64,000 nucleotides of DNA from Pseudomonadota bacterium (GTDB lineage Bacteria > Pseudomonadota > Alphaproteobacteria > Sphingomonadales > Sphingomonadaceae). This document shows, piece after piece, positions 10,057-19,305 of the stretch; the stretch's first letter is position 1, and every line of letters begins with the position of its first letter. Location: NCBI GenBank assembly GCA_039819365.1, contig JBCBSD010000003.1, forward strand, positions 69,953 to 133,952. Direction: 5' to 3'. Below the pieces are notes generated by a model. It was not told where the DNA came from and made no database searches. It saw nothing but the letters and a program-made list of their open reading frames with translations. The translations under genes and the position numbers were made by a program.

Positions 10057-11027
10057 TACGGTTCCTCGATTTCATTTTCGGACGCAGTTTCGTCCACCCG
10101 CTCCCTTAGCTCGCTTTCGGGCACTTCCGCCAGTGCCGCGTTGAAATGCGCGCCGACGACAACGCCATAGCCGATCACGAAGAAGAACATCATCGACAGC
10201 ATGAAGCCGGCGAGGCTGCCATAGGTGAGGTCGTAGCTGATGAGATTGGCGAGCATGATCGGCATCAGGGCGGTCGTACCGAGCCACCAGACCGTGACCA
10301 GCAGCGCGCCGGGCCATTTGGGATAGCGCCGGGCGCGATATTCGCGCGGCGTGAGCGTCCAGAAGACGAGATAGAAGGCGAGAAATATCGCAAAAGCCGG
10401 CACGATGCGCGAGATCGAGACCAGCACGCGATATTCCTCGAGGACCGGCAGCACGTCATAGATAAACTGCTCGATGCCGGTGAGCAGGAACTGGAGCGCG
10501 AAGGCCAGCAGCGCCAGCGCAACCGCGACGATCACCAACCCGATCGAAAACAGACGATATTCATAAAAAGGCCGGCCATAAGACGTGCCATAGGCGCGGC
10601 GCAGGATTTCGCGGATGGTTTCGATAAAGCTCGTCGTCGTCCACAGTCCGATGGCCGCGCCGATCCACAACAGGCTGCCCGTCCGCGCGGACAGGACGCT
10701 GGCGATAGGGTCTTCCAGCGCCGATGCGACGGTCGGCGGTACGCTCTGGAGAAATAGCGAAACGGCCTGTAGGCCGTCTTCGGTTCGCCCGACGATCTGC
10801 GCGATGGCCGCCATGACGATGAAAAACGGGAAGAGCGCGAGCAATGCCATAAAAGCCAGATTGCCCGCATGGACGAAGCCTTCGGCATAGACACCCTCGG
10901 CCATGCGCTTGAGCGTCGTCCAGCCCCAGGTTCGCGGCTCCGGCTTTTCCACCGGCCGCCCTTCGCGGATCCGAAGCTCGGCAAGCCTGCGGCGCGCCTC
11001 AGGCGATTGCGAAGCTTCGTGCGTCAA
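10056..11027 (-). CDS. YihY/virulence factor BrkB family membrane protein
   Basis: It is polytopic, with AGNLAFMALLALFPFFIV and YGSLAGFMLSMMFFFVIGYGVVVGAHFNA, both typical of YihY/BrkB. Confidence 0.8.
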   Translation of the reverse strand: MTHEASQSPEARRRLAELRIREGRPVEKPEPRTWGWTTLKRMAEGVYAEGFVHAGNLAFMALLALFPFFIVMAAIAQIVGRTEDGLQAVSLFLQSVPPTVASALEDPIASVLSARTGSLLWIGAAIGLWTTTSFIETIREILRRAYGTSYGRPFYEYRLFSIGLVIVAVALALLAFALQFLLTGIEQFIYDVLPVLEEYRVLVSISRIVPAFAIFLAFYLVFWTLTPREYRARRYPKWPGALLVTVWWLGTTALMPIMLANLISYDLTYGSLAGFMLSMMFFFVIGYGVVVGAHFNAALAEVPESELRERVDETASENEIEEP

Positions 11028-11056
11028 GGATTTGTCCGTAAACTCAAGGCTTAGCC

Positions 11057-11998
11057 CTAGACACCGAATTCCGAGCGGGGGTTTTGCGGTTTGCCCGGTT
11101 TCCAGCTCTTGACGAACTCGGCGAGGTCCTTGTCATCCTCGGGCAAATCGATCTCGAGCTTGACGAGCTGGTCGCCGCGCCCGCCGCCCTTTTTGTGGAA
11201 ACCCTTGCCCTTGAGGCGCAGCGTTTTTCCCGATGCCGCATTTTTCGGCACGGTCAGCATGACCGGCCCGTCGACCGTCGGCACCTTGATCTTCGCGCCC
11301 AGCACCGCTTCGTCGAGACCGATGGGAATATCGAGCCGGATATTGTCGCCGTCGCGTTCGAAAAATTTATGGTCCTGGACAAGGATGGTGACGATCGCAT
11401 CGCCGGCACCGCCCGGACCCTCCTGCCCCTGTCCGGTCAGCCGCATCTGCGTGCCGTTTTCCACACCGGGTTTCAGCTTGAGATCGATGGTCTTCCCGCT
11501 CGACAGGGTGATGCGCTGATCGTCGAGACGCGCCGCCGCTTCGAACGGAACGGCGAGCCGATATCCCATGTCCGCACCCTTGCGCGGCGGTGCCTGGCGT
11601 CCGAAACCGCCGAACGGTCCGCGCGACGAACTCGTCGTGCGACGTCCCCCGCCGCCGAACAGCCCCTCGAAGATATCGCCGATATCGCCAGCCTCGGAGA
11701 ATTCGAAATGCTGCGAACCGCCGGCGCCGCCCTGCCCGCCGCCGAAGCCTCCACCGGCAAAGGGATGGGTCGGATTGCCATCCGCGTCGATCTCTCCGCG
11801 GTCGAACTGGGCGCGCTTGTCCTTGTCGCTCAACAGGTCATAGGCATTGGTGGCCGCCGAGAATTTTTCGGCCGCCTTCGGATTATCGGTATTGCGATCC
11901 GGGTGCAGCTCCTTGGCGAGCTTGCGATAGGCGGACTTGATCTCCGCCTCGCTGGCACCGCGGGAAACTCCAAGTGTTGCATATGGATCTGCTGCCAT
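11057..11998 (-). CDS. cbpA: J-domain co-chaperone, CbpA-like (DnaJ without zinc finger)
   Basis: The J domain is DPYATLGVSRGASEAEIKSAYRKLAKELHPDRN, followed by a G-rich linker and a DnaJ C-terminal beta domain. The start was chosen at MAADPY; an alternative ATG is at 12019. Confidence 0.85.
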   Translation of the reverse strand: MAADPYATLGVSRGASEAEIKSAYRKLAKELHPDRNTDNPKAAEKFSAATNAYDLLSDKDKRAQFDRGEIDADGNPTHPFAGGGFGGGQGGAGGSQHFEFSEAGDIGDIFEGLFGGGGRRTTSSSRGPFGGFGRQAPPRKGADMGYRLAVPFEAAARLDDQRITLSSGKTIDLKLKPGVENGTQMRLTGQGQEGPGGAGDAIVTILVQDHKFFERDGDNIRLDIPIGLDEAVLGAKIKVPTVDGPVMLTVPKNAASGKTLRLKGKGFHKKGGGRGDQLVKLEIDLPEDDKDLAEFVKSWKPGKPQNPRSEFGV

Positions 11999-12048
11999 AG
12001 TGTCCGTGTCGTACATCATGTCCCATTAGCCAACTGTTGCAAAAATAC

Positions 12049-12073
12049 AACAACTGAAATGGGGTAGAGTTCC
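12049..12073 (-). promoter_or_regulatory. candidate EcfG (general stress response sigma) type promoter upstream of cbpA-like gene
   Basis: The minus strand reads GGAAC(12073-12069)-N16-TGTT(12052-12049), against the consensus GGAAC-N16/17-CGTT. It lies 30-50 nt upstream of the candidate start codons. Confidence 0.25.
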
Positions 12074-12080
12074 CTGTTTT

Positions 12081-12521
12081 TCAAGCCGTTTCCGGCATCC
12101 CATGTATCCGCCTTACGATAAGGTAGATGACCAGTCCAAACGGTCCGAACAGGAAGGTTGCGAGCAGGATCGGTGCCTGCACGAAACGGGACAGGGCAAT
12201 GGAATCCGCGTTGCGCGCGACCCACAGGCCGACGAACAGGTCGAACGCCAGATAGTGGACCCAGCCGAGCGTCAGCCCCGCATCGGTCGCGAAAATCGTG
12301 CGCACGCCTTCGATGGTGGTGAAGTCCGGCCCGTCGCCACCGGGGGCCGGCGCGATGACCACCAGGTAGATCAGGAGCGCGGCGTAAAACAGGCTAAGAA
12401 GCCCCACCGCGCCTTCCCGCAAGATAGTGAATACGATCTCGCGCCGCGGCCCGAAGATCAACGCGACCCAGGCCAGCATGGCCAGCAGGTTCGCGGTGCT
12501 GAATATCGTCGGCCAATCCAT
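12081..12521 (-). CDS. ABA4-like (DUF4281) membrane protein
   Basis: It is a 146-aa four-TM protein with LTLGWVHYLAFDLFVGLWVARNA and TFLFGPFGLVIYL, which I recall as typical of DUF4281. Confidence 0.7.
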   Translation of the reverse strand: MDWPTIFSTANLLAMLAWVALIFGPRREIVFTILREGAVGLLSLFYAALLIYLVVIAPAPGGDGPDFTTIEGVRTIFATDAGLTLGWVHYLAFDLFVGLWVARNADSIALSRFVQAPILLATFLFGPFGLVIYLIVRRIHGMPETA

Positions 12522-12603
12522 CTTGGTTCCCCATTACCCATCGAACTCATCGAATGATTTCTATCGTTGATAGACGATGGCCGGCTGGCCTAGAAGCCCC
12601 GGC

Positions 12604-13194
12604 ATGACAGAGATCCCTACCGGCAATCCTCACGCGATATTCACCGAATGGGCCGCCGAGGCGCGCGCCAGCGAGATCAACGACTCGAACGCGATGGCGC
12701 TCGCCACCACCACGCCCGATCATCAACCCTCGGTCCGCATGGTGCTGTTGAAGGGTCACGATGAACGCGGCTTCGTCTGGTATACCAATCTGGAAAGCCG
12801 CAAGGCCGACGAACTGCTCGCGACCGAAAAGGCGGCGCTTCTCTTTCACTGGAAATCGCTGCGCCGCCAGGTGCGAATCGAAGGCCCGGTCAGCCGCGTG
12901 TCCGACGAAGAAGGCGATGCCTATTTCGCCACCCGCAGCCGGGATTCGCAGCTCGGCGCCTGGGCATCGGATCAGTCGCGCCCACTCGACAGCCGCGAGA
13001 CATTCGAGGCGCGTTACGAAGAAGTGCGTCTGCGATTCGAAGGACGGGACGTGCCGCGCCCGCCGCACTGGTCCGGCTTTCGCCTCGATCCGCAGCGCAT
13101 CGAATTCTGGAAGGACGGGGAGCACCGCCTGCATCATCGCCATGTCTTCACGCGCACGGACGACGGCTGGGACGAAGGGCTGCTTTACCCCTGA
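12604..13194 (+). CDS. pdxH: pyridoxamine 5'-phosphate oxidase
   Basis: It carries PSVRMVLLKGHDERGFVWYTNLESRKADEL, the RQVRIEG motif and the C-terminal IEFWKDGEHRLHHR. An alternative ATG is at 12577. Confidence 0.93.
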   Translation: MTEIPTGNPHAIFTEWAAEARASEINDSNAMALATTTPDHQPSVRMVLLKGHDERGFVWYTNLESRKADELLATEKAALLFHWKSLRRQVRIEGPVSRVSDEEGDAYFATRSRDSQLGAWASDQSRPLDSRETFEARYEEVRLRFEGRDVPRPPHWSGFRLDPQRIEFWKDGEHRLHHRHVFTRTDDGWDEGLLYP

Positions 13195-13259
13195 AGAGAT
13201 AATCCGACTTTCTTGGATGCTTGCGCGCGACTAAGCGCCGAAGCGAAGGGAGACAGTCC

Positions 13260-14066
13260 ATGCCAACGTTACGCCTCGTACAGATCGATGCATTCTCGAA
13301 AAGCGCATTCGGCGGTAATCCGGCCGCGGTGATGCCGCTCGAGACATGGTTGGAGGACCACATCCTCCAGGCCATCGCGGTCGAGAACAATCTCAGCGAG
13401 ACGGCTTACTATCTGCCCGCCCAAGACGATTCCGAGGCCGATTTCGAGCTGCGCTGGTTCACGCCGGGCGCCGAGGTGGCGATGTGTGGCCATGCGACGC
13501 TTGCAACCGGCCATCTGTTGCTCAGCGAGAATCCGGATATGGACGCCGTCCGCTTCCGCACGCGCAAAGCCGGTGTGCTGGAAGTGCGACGCTCGGACGA
13601 CGGCTATGAACTCGACCTGCCGATCACGCCCGTCGAACCGGCAGACCGGCCCGATCTGCTCAAGGCGCTCGGCACGCCCGATGGCGAGGTGTTTCTGTCG
13701 GTGGCGGATTCGGCGGAAGACACGGCGATCATCCGGCTGTCGGACGACGCTGCCGTGCGGGCATGCAGCCCCGATTTCAAGGCGCTGGCCGATATCCATC
13801 TGATGGCGATCGTCACGGCCGAAGGCGCCGACACCGATGTCGTGAGCCGCGTTTTCGTCCCCGCCTGGGGGATCGACGAGGATCCGGTGACTGGCTCCGC
13901 CCATGCCGCACTCACGCCCTTCTGGGCCGAACGGCTGGGCCGCAACAGCTTTTCCGCCTTTCAGGCGAGTGCGCGCGGCGGCCATCTGGGATGCCGGCTA
14001 GACGGCGATCGCGCCGTGCTTTCGGGGCACTGCGCGACCGTGATCGAAGGCGAGTTTTTCTTCTAG
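13260..14066 (+). CDS. PhzF family isomerase-like protein
   Basis: It carries QIDAFSKSAFGGNPAAV, ETAYY, RWFTPGAEVAMCGHATLA and DPVTGSAH. AAGGGAGA is upstream of ATG 13260. Confidence 0.88.
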   Translation: MPTLRLVQIDAFSKSAFGGNPAAVMPLETWLEDHILQAIAVENNLSETAYYLPAQDDSEADFELRWFTPGAEVAMCGHATLATGHLLLSENPDMDAVRFRTRKAGVLEVRRSDDGYELDLPITPVEPADRPDLLKALGTPDGEVFLSVADSAEDTAIIRLSDDAAVRACSPDFKALADIHLMAIVTAEGADTDVVSRVFVPAWGIDEDPVTGSAHAALTPFWAERLGRNSFSAFQASARGGHLGCRLDGDRAVLSGHCATVIEGEFFF

Positions 14067-16009
14067 CGCGCGCCGCCCATCACGCCGAACTGTTCGGGCA
14101 GGGTCACAAGGATATCGTCGACCTGCACACTGCCGCGCTGCACCACCAGTTCCTGATGGTTGCGCTGCGCATCGCCGGTTTCGGCCTCGATGCAGTTGCG
14201 CCCGTCGCACTGTTCGCGAAACCGGTAGCGGAGATAGGAGACGAGTTCGCCGGCGGTGACATTGCCGTCGGCATTGTCGTCGGCCTGCCCGGCCACGCCG
14301 TCCGAGAAGAAGCGTGAGAGATAACCGCCCGCGTTGAATTCCGAGGCGACAAGGCTAGTCAGATCCTCTTCCGAGCTGAACAGGCCCATCATGTTTGGAC
14401 GGGTGATCAGATCGCGCTCGAACCCGCCCGAGAAACAGGCGTCCAGCACGATCATCGTCGTGCCCGCATTGATATTGGCGAACATGGCTGCCAGATCGTC
14501 GTCGGTCAGTTCCGCGCCATCGCCGAAGACCAGCGTCTCGTCCCGCCCATCCAGCTCAGCGCGATCATTGGGATCGTCGACCTGGCTGCCATGGCCGGAG
14601 AAGAAGAAGAGGAAGATATCGTCCGGACCGGCCTGCGCGGCGACCCGCTGAAAGGCGCGGCGAAATTCAGGCAGCGTCGCATCCTGGTTGGTCAGCAAGA
14701 TGCTCTCCTGCCGCAGCAGGCCGAGCTCTTCGAATTTCTGGTACAGTTTTGCCGCATCGCTGTCAGTGAAGCTCAGATCGGACGTGTTGCCGCCATAATC
14801 GGCGATGCCGACGGAAATCGCGAAGACCTGACGCTGTTCCGGATTGGCCGGGATGCGCGTCGTGCCCTCGCTGAGAGCCAGCCGGAACGCGCCGGTTTCG
14901 CCGGGCGCATAGCTGGTCGCGATCAGCGTATAGACGCCATCTTCCTCCAGCACGCGCTCGAACCGGCTGTTCAGCGATTCGCCGGTATCGTCGATATCGA
15001 CCTGCTCGCCGGACGGCGATTGCAGGATCAGATAGGTGTCGAACTCGTCGGAGCTGAGGTCAATCGTCACCGGCTGGCCGCGCCGGCCTTCGAAGCTGTA
15101 ACGCTCCAGATATTCCCCGCTCCCCAGCGTTTCATCGTCCTTGCCAAGCTCGCTGGTCAGCGTCCGCCCGAAAGCGAGCGGCGCGGCATTGCCGGCGATC
15201 GTCGCGGTATCGGCCACTTCGTTGCGGTTGAGACCGGTGGCCAGTTCATAGTCGCCGGTCGCGCCCCGCCCATAGCTGGTGACGGCGATCGTATATTCGC
15301 CATCGGCCGGCAGCGTCGCGAGCACGCGACTGTTGAGCGTCGGCTCGCCCGCCGTGCTGTCATCGTCGTTGCGGACCCGGAAGCTGTCGGGACCGGACAG
15401 GGTGAGCATAGTGTCGAAATCGCCCGAGGCGCGCAGATCGATGCGCTGACCGCGCGTGCCGCGGAAGACGAAGCGATCCGTGTAGCGCCCGGCAATCTCG
15501 CTATCGCTGTCCGAAGACAGGCTGCCGTTGCGGGTCTGTCCGATCGAAATAGTCTGCGGCGCTATGACACTGGCCGCGACCTGCAGCGAGTCGGTGGGCA
15601 CAAGGCGGATCGTATAGGCGCCGTCGTCCGACGGGCGGAAGGATTGCGCGCGGACGGCGAGTTCCCCGGACGCCGGCATGGTGAAGTCCAGCCGGCTGTT
15701 GGTCGTTTCGGGGACCCAATGGTTATCGTCGTTGACGAGCCGCGTGCCGTCGGGAAGGCGGGCCGCGAGTTGCGTATCGAAGGCTTCGGATTCCAGAATG
15801 ACCGAGACGCGCTGGCCTGCGGCGGCGCGCACCGTCCATTCGTCATAATATTGGTCCTTGCCCCCGGCCACCTGATCGCCGGCGGTCAGCTCGCCCTGTG
15901 CCGTCTGGCCCAGCCTCAACGCGCCGTCTTGCACCTGGCCCATGACCGGCGGGCTGAGCGCGATCGCCATCATCGCCACACCGCAACTTGCCAATATCCT
16001 GGATTTCAT
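14063..16009 (-). CDS. secreted caspase-fold (peptidase C14, orthocaspase-like) protein with three PPC-like repeats and a C-terminal EF-hand loop
   Basis: The signal peptide is MKSRILASCGVAMMAIALSPPVMGQ. There are three ~105-aa internal repeats. The candidate catalytic His lies in FFFSGHGS (nt 14591-14593) and the Cys in VLDACFSGGF (nt 14435-14437). A canonical 12-residue EF-hand loop DDNADGNVTAGE is at nt 14246-14281. Confidence 0.75.
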   Translation of the reverse strand: MKSRILASCGVAMMAIALSPPVMGQVQDGALRLGQTAQGELTAGDQVAGGKDQYYDEWTVRAAAGQRVSVILESEAFDTQLAARLPDGTRLVNDDNHWVPETTNSRLDFTMPASGELAVRAQSFRPSDDGAYTIRLVPTDSLQVAASVIAPQTISIGQTRNGSLSSDSDSEIAGRYTDRFVFRGTRGQRIDLRASGDFDTMLTLSGPDSFRVRNDDDSTAGEPTLNSRVLATLPADGEYTIAVTSYGRGATGDYELATGLNRNEVADTATIAGNAAPLAFGRTLTSELGKDDETLGSGEYLERYSFEGRRGQPVTIDLSSDEFDTYLILQSPSGEQVDIDDTGESLNSRFERVLEEDGVYTLIATSYAPGETGAFRLALSEGTTRIPANPEQRQVFAISVGIADYGGNTSDLSFTDSDAAKLYQKFEELGLLRQESILLTNQDATLPEFRRAFQRVAAQAGPDDIFLFFFSGHGSQVDDPNDRAELDGRDETLVFGDGAELTDDDLAAMFANINAGTTMIVLDACFSGGFERDLITRPNMMGLFSSEEDLTSLVASEFNAGGYLSRFFSDGVAGQADDNADGNVTAGELVSYLRYRFREQCDGRNCIEAETGDAQRNHQELVVQRGSVQVDDILVTLPEQFGVMGGAR

Positions 16010-16163
16010 GTCCGTTTCTTCCCCAATGCGCCGACCCATGACCCCCATGGCATGGCTGCGGTGAAGCGGGGCTGAACAGCGATAAGCCGTTTTCTGGCCG
16101 CTTCTGGGGCGTGTTTAGCGGCCCATCGCCCCACAGGCTATGACCTGCGACACAGCTTTGTCG

Positions 16164-17294
16164 TCAACCAAAGGCTTCGAATATCCGGGCCAGCCGCATA
16201 ACCACGGCCTCGCGCAATTCGCCGTCCGGCGTATTGCCGAGACGGACGACCGTCAGCCCCTGTTCCGGCGACACCATGACATATTGCCCAAGATGCCCGT
16301 TGAACGCGAACAGCGAATTGGGCGCGTGATCGGGAAACAATACCGGCGTCTCGAAAACGCCGCCGGGCCGGTTGAGCCAGGTCTGCCCGCCATATTCGCC
16401 GTTGAGCGGCGATGGGGTCAGCATGAACTCGCGCCATTCGGGCGAGATGATCGGCGTGCCGTCATGCGCCTGGCCGGTGCGCATGACTTCGCCGAGCCGC
16501 GCCCAGTCGCGCGCGGTCGCATGGATCAGGCTGCCGCCGATCTGGGTGCCGCTCGCGTCGAACTCGAAATAGACGCTCGATATGCCGGCCGGCCCGAGCA
16601 ACCGCTGTTCGGCAAAGCGGCGATAGGCTGCGGCGCGTTCGCCCGGGTCTTCCGAATCCGTCAGCGCATCGGCGATGATGCGCGACAGGATCACCGTCGT
16701 CGCGCTCGAATATTCGTATTTCTCGCCGGGATCGGCCTCGAGCGGCCGCGACACGGCATAGGCCGCCATGTCGTCGGTACCAGTCGTAAAGAGCATCCGG
16801 TTCGTATCGGAATCCCAGATCGGGTCGTTGACCTCGGTATGATCGAGCCCGGATGCCATATGCAGCAGGTGCCTGAGCGTAATCGCCCCGCGCGGATCGT
16901 CTTCGCCGCGCCATTCGGGGATGGGCGCGGGCGCATCGAGTTCGAGCACGCCATCGTCGACGAGGAAACCGACCAGGATTCCCGTCACCGTCTTGGCCAT
17001 CGACCAGGAGATATAGCGCATATCGGCCGTGTATCCGGGCGCATAACGCTCCGCAACGATCTCGCCCTCATGCATGACGAGCACGACGCGCGTTTCGCCG
17101 ACCACATCCTCGCTGAACAGATCGTCGACCAGCGCCGCGATATCGGGACGCGACTCGGCCACAACGTCTTCGGCGAGAGCTTCCTCCGGAAGCGCAGCCT
17201 CGTCCGTCCGATCGGTTTCGAGCACGGGTGCCGCCGCAACCGCCATCAGCGCCGCCCCGGCGGCGAGGGGAATGAGCCATCTTTGCTTCATCAT
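16164..17294 (-). CDS. serine hydrolase, beta-lactamase/transpeptidase-like fold
   Basis: The signal peptide is MMKQRWLIPLAAGAALMAVAAA. It has the SxxK motif (SWSMAKT) and a 376-aa class C beta-lactamase/esterase-like layout. Confidence 0.8.
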   Translation of the reverse strand: MMKQRWLIPLAAGAALMAVAAAPVLETDRTDEAALPEEALAEDVVAESRPDIAALVDDLFSEDVVGETRVVLVMHEGEIVAERYAPGYTADMRYISWSMAKTVTGILVGFLVDDGVLELDAPAPIPEWRGEDDPRGAITLRHLLHMASGLDHTEVNDPIWDSDTNRMLFTTGTDDMAAYAVSRPLEADPGEKYEYSSATTVILSRIIADALTDSEDPGERAAAYRRFAEQRLLGPAGISSVYFEFDASGTQIGGSLIHATARDWARLGEVMRTGQAHDGTPIISPEWREFMLTPSPLNGEYGGQTWLNRPGGVFETPVLFPDHAPNSLFAFNGHLGQYVMVSPEQGLTVVRLGNTPDGELREAVVMRLARIFEAFG

Positions 17295-17318
17295 CGCTTC
17301 ACGCTACGGCTGAGCGCC

Positions 17319-17648
17319 ATGAAAGTGAAGCGGCCAATTCTCACCGGTACGATCATCGTGCTGATCGTCCTGCTGATCGCCGTCGTCGTTTACGCGATGC
17401 GGATGAAACCGACGGTCGAACTCGGCGTCGGTTATGGCGCGCATGTCGTCTGCTCCTGCCGCTATATCGGCGGGCGCGACATGGAGAGCTGCTACAATGA
17501 TTACGAGCCGGGCATGGAGATGATCTCGATGACCGAGGACGCAGAAGAGAAACGCATCACAGCCAGCGTCCCGCTGCTCGCCAGCCGGTCCGCGCAGTTC
17601 CGCGAGGGACTGGGATGCGTGCTAGAACCGTTGCCGGATGCCGACTAG
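17319..17648 (+). CDS. small N-terminally membrane-anchored Cys-containing protein, function unknown
   Basis: Only the last 109 codons of track ORF 16140-17648 look coding. They have one TM (ILTGTIIVLIVLLIAVVVYAM), normal amino-acid composition and high GC3. The rest of that ORF is antisense to the hydrolase. Confidence 0.55.
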   Translation: MKVKRPILTGTIIVLIVLLIAVVVYAMRMKPTVELGVGYGAHVVCSCRYIGGRDMESCYNDYEPGMEMISMTEDAEEKRITASVPLLASRSAQFREGLGCVLEPLPDAD

Positions 17649-17652
17649 GCAG

Positions 17653-18033
17653 TCAGCGGTTGACCGAGGTCTGGCCGGTCTTTGCCCAGGCAATTCCGAA
17701 CAGGATAGCCAACAGAAGATCCGGCGCCGTCGTGGCAATCAAAGAAGCTTCAACGCGCCCTTGCGCATAGAGCGCCACGCACGCGCCGAAAAAGGAGAGC
17801 TTGCCGAGTGCGCCGATCAGCATGATCGGCCGATAGCGGACAGGGTCGGTCGCGATCAGCGCGTAAACCAGCTGCCACGCCAGCACGACACCGATAAAGC
17901 CGTAATAGAGTTCGGGCCGGGCTACCGGCGGCGGGAAATCGGCCGCAATCCGGCTTTCGAGAAAGTAGAGCGGTGCGATGACCGCGATGCCCCAGACCGC
18001 GGCAATGCCGAAGGTCCAGCGCGCGAACCGCAT
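17653..18033 (-). CDS. four-TM membrane protein, function unknown
   Basis: It is a 126-aa hydrophobic ORF. Its ATG overlaps the mnmA stop (TGATG), which suggests translational coupling. Confidence 0.6.
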   Translation of the reverse strand: MRFARWTFGIAAVWGIAVIAPLYFLESRIAADFPPPVARPELYYGFIGVVLAWQLVYALIATDPVRYRPIMLIGALGKLSFFGACVALYAQGRVEASLIATTAPDLLLAILFGIAWAKTGQTSVNR

Positions 18034-19145
18034 CAGGCCGCCAGCGCCGCTTCGGCCGCGACCGTCTCCGCGATCCAGCCGCCGCCCATGACCCGGTCGC
18101 CCTGATAGAGGACGGCTGCCTGCCCGGGCGCGACACCGAATTCGGGGGTGTCGAACGTGACCAGATCGCCATCGAAGCGCCCGGGCGCGGGCTTGGCGAG
18201 CGAACGGACCTTGGCCGTCATCGCGCCGTCGAAACCATCCCCGAGCCAGTTCAGATCCTCGATCCGCGCCGCGGCAACCGCCAGCGCCGATTTCGGGCCG
18301 ACGACGACGCGCCGCGTTTCCGGCTCCAGCTTCACGACATAGAGCGGTTCGGGCTGGCCGCCGATCTCGAGACCGCGGCGCTGGCCGACCGTATAATGGA
18401 TCAGCCCCTTATGCTCGCCAAGGACCTCGCCGGATCGCGTGACGATCTCGCCGCCCTCGCCCGCTTCAGGCCGAACCTTCTTGACGATTTTCGTATAATC
18501 GCCATCGGGCACGAAACAGATATCCTGGCTGTCCGGCTTGAGCGCGACGGCGAGACCAAGCTCCTTCGCGATCTCGCGGACCTCCGACTTGGGCATGCCG
18601 CCCAGCGGAAAGCGCAGATAATCGAGCTGATCCTTCGTCGTCGCGAAGAGGAAATAGCTCTGGTCTCGCGCCGGATCGTGCGCGCGATGCAGTTCGGGGC
18701 CCTGCTCGCCGATCACGCGGCGGACATAATGGCCGGTGGCCAGACAATCCGCACCGAGATCGCGCGCCATGCCGAGCAAGTCGTGAAATTTCACGCTCTG
18801 GTTGCAGCGGATGCACGGGATCGGCGTCCGCCCCGCCATGTACTCGTCGGCAAAATCGTCGATCACCGATTCCCGGAAGCGCGACTCATAATCGAACACA
18901 TAATGGGCGATGCCGAGTTTCTCGGCCACGGCGCGCGCGTCGCGGATATCCTGCCCGGCGCAGCAGCTGCCCGTGCGGCCGGTCGCCTCGCCATGATCGT
19001 AGAGCTGCAGCGTGATCCCGATCACCTCGGCGCCGGTCTTTGCGGCGAGCGCGGCCACGACCGATGAATCGACGCCGCCGGACATGGCAACGACGATCCG
19101 GCTTTCGTTCGCCGGGCGGCCCAACTGGAAATCGGTCTCGGTCAT
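18033..19145 (-). CDS. mnmA: tRNA 2-thiouridine(34) synthase
   Basis: It has the PP-loop [12 protein letters not shown] and conserved CCAGQD and IPCIRCN motifs. The 370-aa length fits. Confidence 0.96.
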   Translation of the reverse strand: MTETDFQLGRPANESRIVVAMSGGVDSSVVAALAAKTGAEVIGITLQLYDHGEATGRTGSCCAGQDIRDARAVAEKLGIAHYVFDYESRFRESVIDDFADEYMAGRTPIPCIRCNQSVKFHDLLGMARDLGADCLATGHYVRRVIGEQGPELHRAHDPARDQSYFLFATTKDQLDYLRFPLGGMPKSEVREIAKELGLAVALKPDSQDICFVPDGDYTKIVKKVRPEAGEGGEIVTRSGEVLGEHKGLIHYTVGQRRGLEIGGQPEPLYVVKLEPETRRVVVGPKSALAVAAARIEDLNWLGDGFDGAMTAKVRSLAKPAPGRFDGDLVTFDTPEFGVAPGQAAVLYQGDRVMGGGWIAETVAAEAALAA

Positions 19146-19305
19146 GGCGAGCTATTTAAGGTTTCGGAACGCCGCACGCAAAGGGCAATCCGTCCCGCAT
19201 TTTTGCTTTGCTAACCAAAACCCGCGAATTGCAGCGAAAATCCTCACCAAAGCGTTGCCGGCGCCTTTACCACGTTTTCAACCTTGGCCCCTAAGACGGG
19301 TGTCC

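Noticed and set aside
8086-10170. This is a long 694-aa plus-strand ORF. Similar ones are at 22464-25586, 29824-31839, 48880-50682, 53245-54702, 3101-4537 and 39847-40983.
   Set aside because: They lie antisense or out of frame to genes with unambiguous homology (aroC/fabI, RND pump, phaC, recJ, abgT and others). Their translations are Arg/Ala/Gly/Pro-rich low-information strings typical of shadow ORFs in high-GC DNA.
16140-17318. This is the N-terminal ~390 codons of the 502-aa track ORF 16140-17648.
   Set aside because: It is antisense to the serine hydrolase gene and has a shadow-ORF composition. Only the last 109 codons, from ATG 17319, look coding.
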